From positions 151,156,001 to 151,220,000 of the forward strand of contig OZ360224.1 of assembly GCA_977017645.1 (NCBI GenBank): 64,000 bases of DNA, in the 5' to 3' direction. The notes beneath the pieces were generated by a model. The model was not told the DNA's origin and ran no database searches. It saw nothing but the letters and a program-made list of their open reading frames with translations. This DNA is from Torpedo marmorata (lineage: Eukaryota). Positions 11,089 through 23,219 of this stretch are shown piece after piece. Both the position numbers and the translations under genes were made by a program. The first letter of the stretch is position 1. Every line of letters begins with the position of its first letter.

Positions 11089-12414
11089 TAATTTTTTCAA
11101 GTGGTATACATGAACGAAGTTCTGCATGCCATCTTTCTAACCCTAAATCAACATCAGATTTCCAAGTAATAGCAATGCATTTCTTTGAAACAGCTAAAGC
11201 AATTCGCAAAAATTCTATTTGATACATATTTAATTTCATCTTAATACTAAATTTTTTAATATCTCCAAACAAAAATATCATAGGATCCATCGGGAATATA
11301 ATCTTAAATATTTTATCTAAAAATTTTTTAACTTTGAACCAAAAATCGTAGACTTTTGGACAAAACCATGTAGAATGTACAAAATAACCTTCCTCTTTAT
11401 TACATCTGAAACATAAACTTGATAATGTCGGGTTAGATTTCTTTAATTTTTTAGGTGTTAAATATAATTGATGAAAAAAATTGTATTGTACTAATCTATA
11501 TCTAACATTAATAATCTTCGTCATACTTAATTTACATAATTCTTTCCAATGATTTTCATCTATTGTTACGTTCAAATCTAATTCCCATTTTAATCTTGAT
11601 TTATGAATTCCTACTTTAGGGATTTTCCTCTGAAACAATTTATACATTTGAGAAATAAATTTGTTTACATCTCCTTTTTAACTAATAATTCTAATTCATT
11701 CTGTCTTGGTAAAATCAAAGCATAACCTAATTTCTCAATCAGAAAAGCTCTAATTTGATAATAAGCAAAAAGTGTATTATCTAATATATTAAATTTATCT
11801 TTCATTCTTTGAAAAGTAATAAATTTCCCAGCTTCAAAACAATCATTTATTTTCTTAATTCCTTTTTGAAACCAAATTTTAAATAATTGATTATTAATAG
11901 TAAATGGAATAAGTCCATTTTGATATAAAGGCATTCTTGAAGAAATCAATCCTTTTCCTCCTATTTCCTTATCCGTCTTATTCCATATTTCTAACAAATG
12001 TTTAAGAATAGGAGAATTTTTCTTTCTTGTTGATATTAATTTAGAATCCCATTTATAAATAACTTCGACTTTGGAATCTTCTCCAATATTATTTAGTTCT
12101 ATTTTAATCCAAGCAGAAGATTTAGTTGAATCAAAAAATTCATTAACAAATTTTAATTGAGCTGCTTTATAATAATTTTGGAAATTAGGAAGTTGTAAAC
12201 CGCCCATTTCATAATTCCAAGTTAATTTTTCCATATCTACTCTTGTTAACTTTCCTTTCCATAAAAAATTTCTAATAATTGAATTTAAATGTTTGAAAAA
12301 TTTTTGAGGAATTTCATAAGGATTTGATTGAAAAAGATATTGAATTCTTGGAAAAACATTCATTTTAATACAATTTACTCTTCCCATTAAAGTTATAGGT
12401 AAATCTTAAAAGTA

Positions 12415-13331
12415 CCGTATTTGATGGCATATAAGACCCCCCTTTTTTTCTCAAAAAATCACCTCAAAAACCACCACGGGTCTTATATGTGAAAGTGACA
12501 TTTTGGTGCCGCCATTTTGGGCACCGAGTGGAGTCCAGGAAGCGGGCCCGCAGCTTCGCAGACCACCTTCCCTCGAGTGGCCGGTGCTTTCCGGAGTCGC
12601 CACCGCTCACTTCCCCTGGTAAGAAGGCTCGCTCTCTCCCTCCTTCCCGCTCACTCGCCCGCTCTCTCCCTCCCGTTCGCTCTCCCCGTCCGCTCGCTCG
12701 CTCTCGCCCGCTCTCCCCGCCCGCTCGCTCGTTCGCTCTCCCCGCCTGCTCGCTCGTTCACTCTCTCCGCCCACCTGTATGCTCTCACCAACAGTACTTT
12801 GAGGGTAGCGCTGGGCCTCGATGATCAGCCTTTGTTCGACGAGCACGGACCCTCAAGCAAATTGAATGAAGCACGGGGGCGGGTGGCAGTGAGTGAGCGG
12901 CCTGTCAAGCTCAGCTCAACAGGCCGCCCGCTCGCTCACTGCCACCCGCACCCGCGCCGCATTCAATCTGTTCGGGGGGCCGTGCGCGTCGAACAAAGGC
13001 TCAGCGTGGAGCCTGATCACCGAGGCCCAGCGCTACCTTCAAAGCAAGCGATCGATTGTCTGCTTCCCGCGACGGTGGGCCTGGGCCCTGCCCGTTGTCT
13101 TGGCTTCTCTCCCTCCCACCCTCACGCGCCCAAAAGTCCCGGCACACCTTTCAATCAATTAGTGTTTGGACGGTGGGGGGGAAGCAGCCTGAGCCTCGGC
13201 GTGCGGCGGGCAGGAGGACGTGTTGCTGCTGTGAAGGTAAATATACTATAACAAATCTTTCCTGAAATCTCACGCTAAAAATGGGGGGGGGTGCCTATAT
13301 GCCAGTGGGTCCTATATGCCGTCAAATACGG
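12415..13331. mobile_element. pogo-type MITE (family 2) inserted in the BEL gag
   Basis: TIR ccgtatttga(t/c)ggcatata; TA TSD; internal (cgct)n tract and a long palindrome. Confidence 0.85.
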
Positions 13332-13333
13332 TA

Positions 13334-15054
13334 CTCCTTTTCAATTTCGGACTAGCCTGTGAGTTAGACGTTCTTACTTCTTTATTCCCCATTGAATTGT
13401 CTCTGATATTTCCATATATTGGAACTGTTTCAATGTACACCTGTCGTTCAAGAAAATTTACCATGTCCTTTAAGGTAGCTCTTTGACCGTAATTTTCTTG
13501 TAAATCACAAGCCAAATTTCTCCATCTATCCCACAACTTGTAAGGTAATTTATCTAAGAAGATTTGCATATTACCAGGCACATCAAGCTCACGAATATTA
13601 TCGATATCTTCCATGGCATTACAACATCCTCTTAAAAAAAAGTATATGCTTGTAGAGCCTTTACATCATTCTGTTTTATTGATGTCCATTTAAGAGCTTT
13701 ATCCATATAAGCTAAAGCAATTCGATGCTTTTGCCAAAATGTTGTTCTAATAAAGACTTAGCTCTGTCTAATCCCCTTTCTGAGGACATATGTTGACAAC
13801 TCTTTACAAATTCTCTTGGCTGTCCCTTTGTGAACATTTCCAAGTAATAAAGACATTCATCAGGGTCTTGGCATTTATTTTCAATATTGCTTCTGAAAGA
13901 TTTCATGAACACTTGGTACTGAAGTGGATCACCATCTTTCTTGGGCAAAGAAGAGAGAGACTGTAACTCAATCAACGATGCAGCAATTTCATTTTGTCTT
14001 CCTATGGATGACAATACATTGCTCTGTTCACCGCCTCTTGTTACAGGTAATGTATCTGGAAACCTCACTGGTGTAGTTTCTCCCATATTTCTGATGCTTG
14101 ACTCGAATGCCAAAGAATCTGCGGCATTTGACCAAACACAAGCCGCAGCTTTGTCTTCAGATGTTACCACTGGTACATGTGACTCGATAACACCATGCTC
14201 TTGAAGGATTTGTCCTTGTATTTGCAAGTCTTGTACCCTTGGTACTAAAATATCTACCCTTTTGGTTGGTTTCTTTTCCTGTGACTCCTTTTTAAAATAT
14301 AACTTATCATCGCACACTTTAGATAATTTACTCTGAGCACCAGATACCATGAGCCTTCTAGTACCTTTTTTTTTACCCTGGCAATAGTAATGTTTGCTTC
14401 CAGCTCTTGCTGCTCCTTTCTCTGCCTTAGCTGCTCCTTCTCTTGCCTTAGCTGCCGCTTTAGCTACTCCTCCTTTTGCCTTAGCTGCTCCTCCTGTCCT
14501 TCTAAAATATGTTTATCCTTAAGCGTTTTTTGTTGCGCAAGAAGAGTGGCCAAGTCATCTTCAACTTTTGTACGTGACGATGCAGAACTGGAAGTATGAG
14601 AAACTCTGGAACTCGAACCAGAACTTTGTTTGATTCTCCTGCTTTCAACATTTAAGACACTGTCACATGCTTGTATTTCATCCTGCATGTTAGATGTTGT
14701 CTTCTTACTTACCTCCTTCACCAATTCGAATTGTACATCCTTTGCATCTTCGTTTTCTTCATCATTTGGTGACACATTTTCAGCCGTTTCCACGTTGCTG
14801 TCTTCATGTTCAGTCGTTGTCTTTTGCAATGAGTTTGCAATGTCTTCATTCCCATCAACCGAAGCCGCCTGTTCTTCCATTGCCAGCTTCAGTCTTGCAA
14901 TGAGAACATTTTTATTTCCACTTGTATCTAGTTTCAGTCGCTTCAATTCTTCTTTGAAATCCACAACCTTCATGTCTTCAATACGTTGTTCCTCAACAGC
15001 AACATCAGCGGCTGCTGCGTCAGCTGCTGCTGCATCAGCGGCTGCTGCTGCCAT
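13334..15054 (-). pseudogene. BEL/Pao gag, 5' part (SAP-like domain, coiled coil, DUF1759-like); broken by stops and frameshifts
   Basis: ORF pieces 14464-15141, 13712-14350 and 13312-13614; frame resumes near 7132 beyond the insertions (KRS|TFATNV). Confidence 0.8.
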
Positions 15055-15494
15055 TTTACTCGTCTTGTTCCACCGTCCTTCGAGCATACACAACACTAGC
15101 CAAATCAACAGTCCCCAATGGACTAGCAGCAGCAAATCCAATCTGTGTTCAAACTTGCCAAAGATACACAGAAGGAGTCCACAGACTTATGCCTACCACT
15201 TCAGATGACTGTAATGTGCTGTTATTCACAAACGAGTTTCCACCACAGCATCCGTCATTAATATCGCTGATTTTCAAGAAATGGTTTCTCCAACGTATTT
15301 ATAGGACACTTTACTATAAGATTTGAAGCTCTGTATCCCTCTCTGGCAGATGGATGTGGATTACAAACTGCCCCTAACTCGAGGCATCTCCAAGATGGCC
15401 ACCATTTTTAAATATCAGTCCAAAGCACAGAGAGCTTATTCTACCTTCTTTCCTTCAATTTTCTGTTCAAACAATAAACTTTCATTGACTAAAA

Positions 15495-16073
15495 TATATT
15501 GACTTTAATCCAACAAATAGTCACTCGGAGGCGAGGTGAGATATCTGTTCTTGACGCGTTTCAATTAATTTACTAACAAGTCCAATAGGTTCAAAAACTT
15601 TATTTACACACGATGACTTGCAGCAATCTTCAATGACTTAAATATCTTCTTTAACGAAATATAAACAATTCTTGATAACGATGCTTAATAACGATTCTTT
15701 AAAACGTCTTTAAACTTCCTTTAAAACGATTCTTGATTAAAACGATTCTTTCTAACGCTCCTTTAAACAGTCAATAAAAGCTATGGCGATCTCACTCACC
15801 CTCCTCTAGGTCGCCATATTCTTATAATACTTCTTCTCTGATTAACGCGCATGCTCCACTGCACATACTCCACCGCGCATACTCCACCCACTTCCACATT
15901 TCGCATGCACCAGCCACTTCCCCACTGCGCATGCGCCAGTCGGCACTCCCGCGCATGCGCAGAGTACTCAATAGGCCTAGCATGGCCTACTAATCTCCGT
16001 AACTCCTCCAAAACCCGCTGGATACATTGGAACGCCGCGATGAAGGTAAGTAACCAAGCCTATGGCTCTTAAA
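15495..16073 (-). repeat. 5' LTR of the BEL/Pao element
   Basis: Roughly 25 differences from the 3' LTR by eye; contains several GCGCATGC motifs. Confidence 0.88.
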
Positions 16074-16217
16074 GAAAGGGTTAAAACTTCTTCTGCAGAA
16101 AATGTTATATTAACAAAGGAACACTAGTCAAATAATATAATCTGAAACTGCAGTGTTTCTCACATATCAACTTTCAAAATAAATCTGCATGGGCAACTCA
16201 ACCATAATTTTAATGTA

Positions 16218-17275
16218 CCGTATATTTCGGCGTATAAGTCGACCGGCAGATAAGTCGATCCCCCTTTTTCAGCCTCATTTTAATGGTTTTATGGTATATC
16301 CGGCGTATAAGTCGACCCCCAAAAATCGCGATGCCTGAGATGTTGCGCATTGACCGGCGTATAAGTCGACCCCCAATTTTCAGGCTGTCTGGGCCTCCCA
16401 GCAACAACCCAAAATTTGTTACAACATCCCAATCGCCAAGTAACAAAGCTGTAAATTAAGCAAGTACCGGTAAGTAAAAAAACCAGTAAAAAAAACCTTT
16501 GCTTCTGGCCGGGAAGATGCAGGTGCGGCGACGTCTTTCTCCTGAGCAGTAGCGGGGAGCTCGTTCTCCCGAGCAGGAGCGGGGACGTCTTTCTCCCGAG
16601 CAGGAGCGGGGAGCTCGTTCTCCCGGGTAGTAGCGGGGAGCTCGTTCTCCCGAGCAGGAGCGGGGACGTCTTTCTCCCGAGCAGGAGCGGGGAGCTCGTT
16701 CTCCCGAGTAGGAGCGGGGAGGTCTTTCTCCCGAGTAGGAGCGGAGACGTCTTTCTCCCGGGCAGGAGCGGGGAGCTCGTTCTCCCGAGTAGGAGCGGGG
16801 AGGTCGTTCTCCCGGGCAGGAGCGGGGAGCTCGTTCTCCCGAGCAGGAGCGGGGACGTCGTTCTCCCGGGCAGGAGCGGGGACGTCGTTCTCCCGAGCAG
16901 GAGCGGTGAGCTCGTTCTCCCGAGCAGGAGCGGGGACGTCTTTCTCCCGGGTAGGAGCGGGGACCTCGGGCTCTACAATTGTAGAATGTCTGGGTGGTTT
17001 ATGGCGGCGCCCGGCGGTGGGGAGGTGTCGGGGAGCGGCGGTGCCGGTGGTGGGGAGGCGCTTCCAGGGTCGACCTATACGCCGAATCGTGTTTTCAGGG
17101 GTCGACTTATACGCCGAATCGTGTTTTCAGGGGTCGACTTATACGCCAAATCGGCGTGAACTCGATTTTGAGCTGATTTTAAGGTCTCAAAAGTATATCC
17201 GGCGTATAAGTCGACCCCGTTTTTTGAGACATTTTTGAGGGTTTCAAGGGTCGACTTATACGCCGAAATATACGG
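16218..17275 (+). mobile_element. Non-autonomous Passer-family element, copy 3
   Basis: Perfect TIRs and TA TSD; about 16 units of the 27-bp repeat. Confidence 0.92.
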
Positions 17276-17339
17276 TAAGTATTCATAACAGCATCTTCCC
17301 TTTCTGTAAAGATGATAGTTCTAACTTGTATGCTGAGTC

Positions 17340-17630
17340 ATATAGAATGGAAACAATAACCACTGACTCAGAGTCAATGCCGATAATCAAGTAACCATTC
17401 ATAGCAATCCTATTTTATTCTCCCAATCTCCCATCAACTCAGCCCAGATATGATCTCTCACAACAATGTTCATTAACCTACAACCTGCAAATCTTTGGGA
17501 AATTGGAGGAAACCCACGTGGTCAAAGGGCGAACATGCAAGCTCCACATAGACAACTCCCAAGGTCAGATTGAACCTGAGACACTGGCACTGAGAGGCAG
17601 CAACTCTACCAACTTGGCCACTGTGCCTAT
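17340..17630 (-). mobile_element. Degenerate SINE (V-SINE-like)
   Basis: ggaggaaacccacg...acatgcaagctccaca resembles the reverse complement of the V-domain; boundaries approximate. Confidence 0.5.
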
Positions 17631-17804
17631 CCCATCTTCTAATCGAAACAGGAAAAACAATCAGAAAATTTGGGTTGGATAGTTAAATTCAGCATTCTTG
17701 GATTGATGCTGAATCTGAGAGATATCCAAAACTGTAGAGACTCATGTGTTTTCATTGGAAAAAATCCGTAATATTAACATAAACATATATATAACCAGTT
17801 ATAA

Positions 17805-18040
17805 AGTGGTTATCACAATGCTATAACAGTGCCAGCGACCTGGTTTCAAATCCAGAGCTGTCTATAAAGAGTTTGTACGTTCTTCCCGTGACCACATGAG
17901 TTTCCTTTGGGTGCTTCTGTTTCCTCCCTTGTTCCAAATATGTACGGGGTCAGTAGGTTAATTGGTCACATGGGTGTATTTGGGCGGCAGTAGCTCGTGG
18001 GCCGGAAGGGCCTGTTACTGTGCTATGTCTCTAAATGTAA
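17805..18040 (+). mobile_element. tRNA-derived V-SINE (HE1-like), degenerate
   Basis: Aligns with the SINE at 46930-47183. Confidence 0.7.
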
Positions 18041-18475
18041 TATTAAGTCTTAATTAAGCAGCACCATTTTTCATCATAGCTGATATAAAAGGTGAACAAA
18101 AACATGCACTGCCAAAATCAATTTGTAAAAAAAAAGTTTAACCGAATCAAATATGTCAAAATATCAAGCATATCGGCAAAACTAATTAAGTGAATATTGC
18201 ATCTTTGAACTTTAAAAAAATTGAAAAAAGGACAAACAAAATTGAAGAAAGCATGCCAGAAAGAAATTCACAAATGTCCCCAACGTATTCATTTTTGTTA
18301 CTTTATCAGATTTAAAACCCAGCAATGCAGAAGAACCTGTTTTAATTGATGAGAATATATCAGCCATACTATAGGCAGCAATGTATTTAAAATAAGGTGT
18401 TAACATATGTGGCATCATCAATTGGTTAAGGTGACAGATGTGTGCACCCACCCTCACACATCTCACCTCTCCATT

Positions 18476-19285
18476 CATAGAACTTAGAAAATTACTGCAC
18501 TGTACAGGCCCTTCGGCCCATGATGTTGTGCTGACCAATATATACCTACCAAATAAAAAACTAAACCGTCCCTACCTCATAACCCCATTTTTCTTTCATC
18601 CATGTGCCTGTCTAAAAGTCTCTTAAATGCCCCTATTGTTCCAGCTTCCACCACCAACCCTGGCAATGCATTCCAGGCACCCACAACTCTCTATGTAAAA
18701 AAAAACGTACCCCTATTGTCTCACCTGAACTTCCCTCCCTTCACTTTGTACAGATGCCCTCTGGTGTTTGCTACTCTCGCCCTGGGAAAAAGGTGCTGGC
18801 TGTCTACCTTATCCATGCCTCTCATAATCTTGTCGACCTCTATTGTCACCTCTCATCCTTCTTTGCTCCAAAGAGAAAAACCCTAGCTCTGCTAACCTTG
18901 CCTCATCAGACATATTTTCCAATCCAGGCAACATCCTGGTAAATCTCCTCTGCACCCTCTCCATAGCTTTCACATCCTTCCTGTAATGAGGTGACCAGAA
19001 CTGAACACAATATTCTAAGTGTGGTCTCACCAGAGATTTATAAAGCTGCAACATTACCTCATGACTACTGAATTCAATTCCCCGACTAATGAAGGCCAAC
19101 ACACCATAAGCCTTCTTAACTATCCTATCAACCTGTGCGGCAACCTTAAGAGATCTATGGATTTGGACCCCAAGGTCCCTTTGTTCTTCCACACTGTTAA
19201 GTATCCTACCATTAACCACATACTCTGCCTTCAAGTTTGACCTTCCAAAAATGCATCATCTCACACTTATCCAGATTGGATTCAT
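18476..19285 (-). mobile_element. CR1 LINE 3' fragment
   Basis: LYKSLVRPHLEYCVQFWSPH...ERVQRRFTRM; (ttctatg)-type tail. Confidence 0.88.
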
Positions 19286-19671
19286 TTCCAATCAAAACAT
19301 AAAACCAGATCACTACTGATCCCGGTACAAATAGTTTCAAATTCACATTCTCCGTTTTCAGGTATAGATGGAATTTCAACAGTACATGTTAGATGAGGAT
19401 TTCATTTTCTTTAATATTAACATTTCAAGCTGGCTCAGGACAAAACAGCTAAAAAATCAATACTGTAAAGCACTCAGAAAAAAGTACAATGGTTTTTCTG
19501 TTTTATCTAACACTATTAGAGATGTAGCAACATTGTAAATGCATTGTGAAACAGTTCATACATAAATTAAGTCTAGCAAATTCTTGCCTCCTCCCCAAAG
19601 TTGCTTTAAAAAATACCCAAATGTTTAAAGGCTGAGTACAAGTTGCTGCAGCAGAATTCACAATTCCTTAC

Positions 19672-19760
19672 CTGTGAATTTGATCTTGTCTGCTTGAACG
19701 AACTGGCGCCAGACCATCAATTTCATCAAAAAAAATGATGGACGGTCGCATTAAGTAAGC
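19672..19760 (-). CDS. ATAD2B: ATAD2B coding exon with Walker B
   Basis: tgcag/gtaagg; AYLMRPSIIFFDEIDGLAPVRSSRQDQIH (AYLMRP is the ATAD2B-type form). Confidence 0.96.
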
Positions 19761-19863
19761 CTGCAAAAGAACAAATTTTGAACTATGCCTACAAATTATA
19801 TTTAAGAATAAGAATTGTGCATACAGTAATAATGGGAAACACGTTGCCACGATTTTTATTTAC

Positions 19864-20038
19864 CTGATCAAACAACAGTCTGAGTTGGCGTTCAGACTCT
19901 CCTACCCACTTGCTAAGACAATCTGCACCTTTCCGCATAAAGAACGAAACCTTCTTGTCTCCTACGCTGCATTCATTCGCCAGGGCTCTTGCTACCAAGG
20001 TTTTGCCTGTTCCAGGAGGTCCATAGAATAAACAACCC
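19864..20038 (-). CDS. ATAD2B: ATAD2B coding exon with Walker A
   Basis: tatag/gtaaat; GCLFYGPPGTGKTLVARALANECSVGDKKVSFFMRKGADCLSKWVGESERQLRLLFDQ. Confidence 0.96.
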
Positions 20039-20573
20039 CTATATCATTCAACAGGAATGAAATTTACAAAATGACATAATTTACATATGTTTTAATTATT
20101 TGTGCACAACTTTTAAATTCCCAAGCGTAAGCATTTCCTATTCCTCCTCTTGTCCAGACCTATTGCAATTATAAACAAATCAAGCAGGCCTAAAATTAAT
20201 GTTAAATCCCAAAGATGGTGTAGAATCTCCTAATGACATGTCTGGGTCTCCAAGGTAGGTTTCAATTCCAGAACATTTTATCTTGGTCTGAAAGTGCAAT
20301 CATTGAACTAAAGTCAACATGTGACTTAATAATTATATTTCTATCACTTTAAAAGAAAACCTTAATATACACTATGTAAAATATCACATCTGGAAGGATT
20401 AACAAACATACCAGGACAGACCATTTCACACAAATAGCTATGATTTCCAGCAAGAAAATAAATAAATCTCTTTTAATTTAAAATATAAATGACTATTTTA
20501 AACAATTATACTTTACCTATAAAAATATGATACTTCAATTCCGTTGAAAAAACAAATATGCACTAAATAAATA

Positions 20574-21627
20574 CCGTATATTTCAGTGTATAAGTCGACT
20601 CGCGGATAAGTCGACCCCCCTTTTCAGCCTCATTTTAATGGTTTTAATGTATATCCGGCGTATAAGTCGACCCCCAATTTTTGGGCTGTCTGGGCCTCCT
20701 AGCAACAACCCAAGATTTGTTACAACACCCCAATCGCCAAGTAACAAAGCTGTAAATTAAGCAAGTAAGTAAAAAAAACAGTAAAAAAAACCTTTGCTTC
20801 TGGCCGGGAAGATGCCAAACGGAGCTGGATTCAAGTCTCCAAGTCGGCGACTCCATTCTCAAAATCGGGTGCGGTGCCGTCCGCATCAAAGAAGTCACCT
20901 CGCTGCCCAAGTGTGCTCGGTGCAGGAACCACGGCTACGTGTCGGCTCCCGGGCAGGAGCAGGGACCTCGGGCCCCCGGGCAGGAGTGGCGACCTCGTTC
21001 TCCCGGGCAGGAGCGGCGACCTCGTTCTCCCGGGCAGGAGCAGCGACCTCGTTCTCCCGAGCAGGAGCGACGACCTCGTTCTCCCGGGCAGAAGCGGCGA
21101 CCTCGTTCTCCTCAGCAGAAGCGGCGACCTCGGCTTACGTGGCAGGAGCGGTGACCTCGTTCTCCCGGCAGGAGCGCGAACGGACTCGGACTACGTGGCA
21201 GGAACGGCAACCTCACCCTACCGGCAGGAGCCTCGGCTTACCGGGCAGGAGCGGCGACCTCAGGCTCCCGGGTAGGAGTAGGGACCTCGGGCTCTACAAT
21301 TGTAGAATGTCTGGGTGGTTTATGGCGGCGCCCGACAGTGGGGAGGTGTCGGGGAGCGGCGGCGCCAGCGGTGGGGAGGTGCTTCCAGGTTCAACCTATA
21401 CGCCGAATCGGATTTTCATAGGTCGACTTATACGCCGAATCGGGTTTTCAAGGGACGACTTATACGCCGAATCGGGTTTTCAAGGGTTGACATACGCCGA
21501 ATCGGCATGGAGCAGTTTTTGAGCTGATTTTAAGGTCTCAAAAGTATATCCGGCGAATCAGTCGACCCCCGTTTTTTGAGAAATTTTTGAGGGTTTCAAG
21601 ACTCGACTTATACGCCGAAATATACGG
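20574..21627 (+). mobile_element. Non-autonomous Passer-family element, copy 4 (divergent subfamily)
   Basis: Near-identical TIRs and TA TSD; diverged repeat array plus extra internal sequence. Confidence 0.88.
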
Positions 21628-22970
21628 TAAATATAAAAAGAGACTAACATTATTTCAACTGGACTTTGTTTTGGAATGTGAAATGTGAACGTTGTAATTT
21701 TTTGATTGTGATTTTGTGAAGCACTTTGTGAAGCCTTTTTCACAATAAAAATATCATACAAATGCAATATGTTGCCGACATTACTGTTAACAAAAGCAGT
21801 CAGATCTCCTTTATATAATCACCAGGAAAACTGAATAACTGATAACACAAACAGCATTTGAATTAGTCCTACTTTCATGTTCTGGTATGTGTATTGTCAA
21901 CTGAAACACTTCTGTTTGAACATACATTATACCTCAAGTCTGAATCGGAATCGAAATCCGAACACCACAGATAACATCCAGTCAATCATATTAAAACAAA
22001 CACAGGCTGGAAAACAACAGACATATTTCTGAACATTTAGGTACTAAAAGAAAGCTAACATCTACTAATAACTTACCAATCTGAGGAACCAGAATTTTTG
22101 CATAGTATAAAATAAATATTTATTTAACCTAATACAATAAATTTTTTGTGAAACGTCATTGACGTACAATTTGATAAAACAGCGTCATTAGCATGCTCAG
22201 TGACATCTCTTATTGTTATGCAGTACCACAAAGATTAATCTACAGTTGTGCACAAAGGTGCTGGAGTAATTCAACAGGTCATGCAGCATCCATAGAAAGC
22301 AAAAGGCAGTTGATATTTCGGACCTTCTTCAGGAGTCCTCTACTTGTGTACTGCATTAGACCCCAGCATCTGCAAATTTCTTGTTTACCTTCATTTGTCT
22401 GTCATCCAGCAGCCAACATGTTGCACAACATGTTGACAAACACAAGAAGTCACCTTAACAGGACGACTTTAATGGAAAGTTAATGTAGGACAGAACCAGT
22501 CTCTTATAACGCAAACAGAAAAGGCTGGTTATCAGAAATTGTTAAATTCAACACCTGGTCCCGAGGGTTACAATGCCCCAAGATGGAATACGAGTTGCTG
22601 TGACATGAGCCCAAAATGGGTTTCATTGGAACAGCAATGGAAGCCAAAGAGGATTCAGAAAGGGATGAATTAAAATTGCGGGCAACTGAAAGCATAATGA
22701 ATGGAGGTGTTCTGCAAACCAGTCACCTGATCTGTGTATGGCTTCTTCAGTGTAGAGGAGGCCACCAAATGCAACATGCTAAACTGGAAGAAGAGCAAAC
22801 ATATTGTTGTTACAGCTGGTCATGGATAATAAAAATGATTGCACAATCCTTTCCTGGACAGGCCCAAGATAGTTGGGTGAACGTGAAGAAGCTCCTTCAT
22901 TATCAACCTCAGATTATGCCTGGTTTATGGAAAGGCCAACCTGTCAAATTTCTAACATTTAAAACACTAC

Positions 22971-23086
22971 CTTGGTGGTTGAATCTTGAATCGTTCAAAT
23001 ACTTCAGGATAGAGTAGAGGAAAAACGACCATTTCTTTAAGAGCTTGAATATGTTGGCTTAGCCCACCGACACTATCAAACCGCAC
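22971..23086 (-). CDS. ATAD2B: ATAD2B coding exon, start of AAA domain 1
   Basis: ttag/gtagtg; VRFDSVGGLSQHIQALKEMVVFPLLYPEVFERFKIQPPR (read manually, absent from the ORF track). Confidence 0.95.
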
Positions 23087-23219
23087 CTAACGAAACATGT
23101 CATAAATATTAAATACATTGTCACAAGGTTGATATAAACCACTTCACTAAACGGTAAATTATACTTTTGATTTACAGCTCAATAAAAGTAGAAAATAAAC
23201 TTGGTTATGATGTAAAAGT

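Larger units (their letters stand above)
7141..12407 (-). mobile_element. L1 family A, 5'-truncated, carrying two Passer insertions
   Basis: ORF2 C-terminal GRVNCIKMNVFPR...CFRC...HSTWFC; poly-A end; 15-bp TSD aaaagtaccgtattt at 7126-7140 and 12408-12422. Confidence 0.9.
3003..16073 (-). mobile_element. Non-autonomous BEL/Pao LTR retrotransposon (host of a nested stack)
   Basis: Direct LTRs 3003-3824 and 15495-16073; 5-bp TSD GAAAG (2998-3002 and 16074-16078); PPT-like taggggccgg before the 3' LTR; gag with DUF1759-like GDPLQYQVF, zinc knuckles and protease FLDPGS, then [10 protein letters not shown]. Confidence 0.88.
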
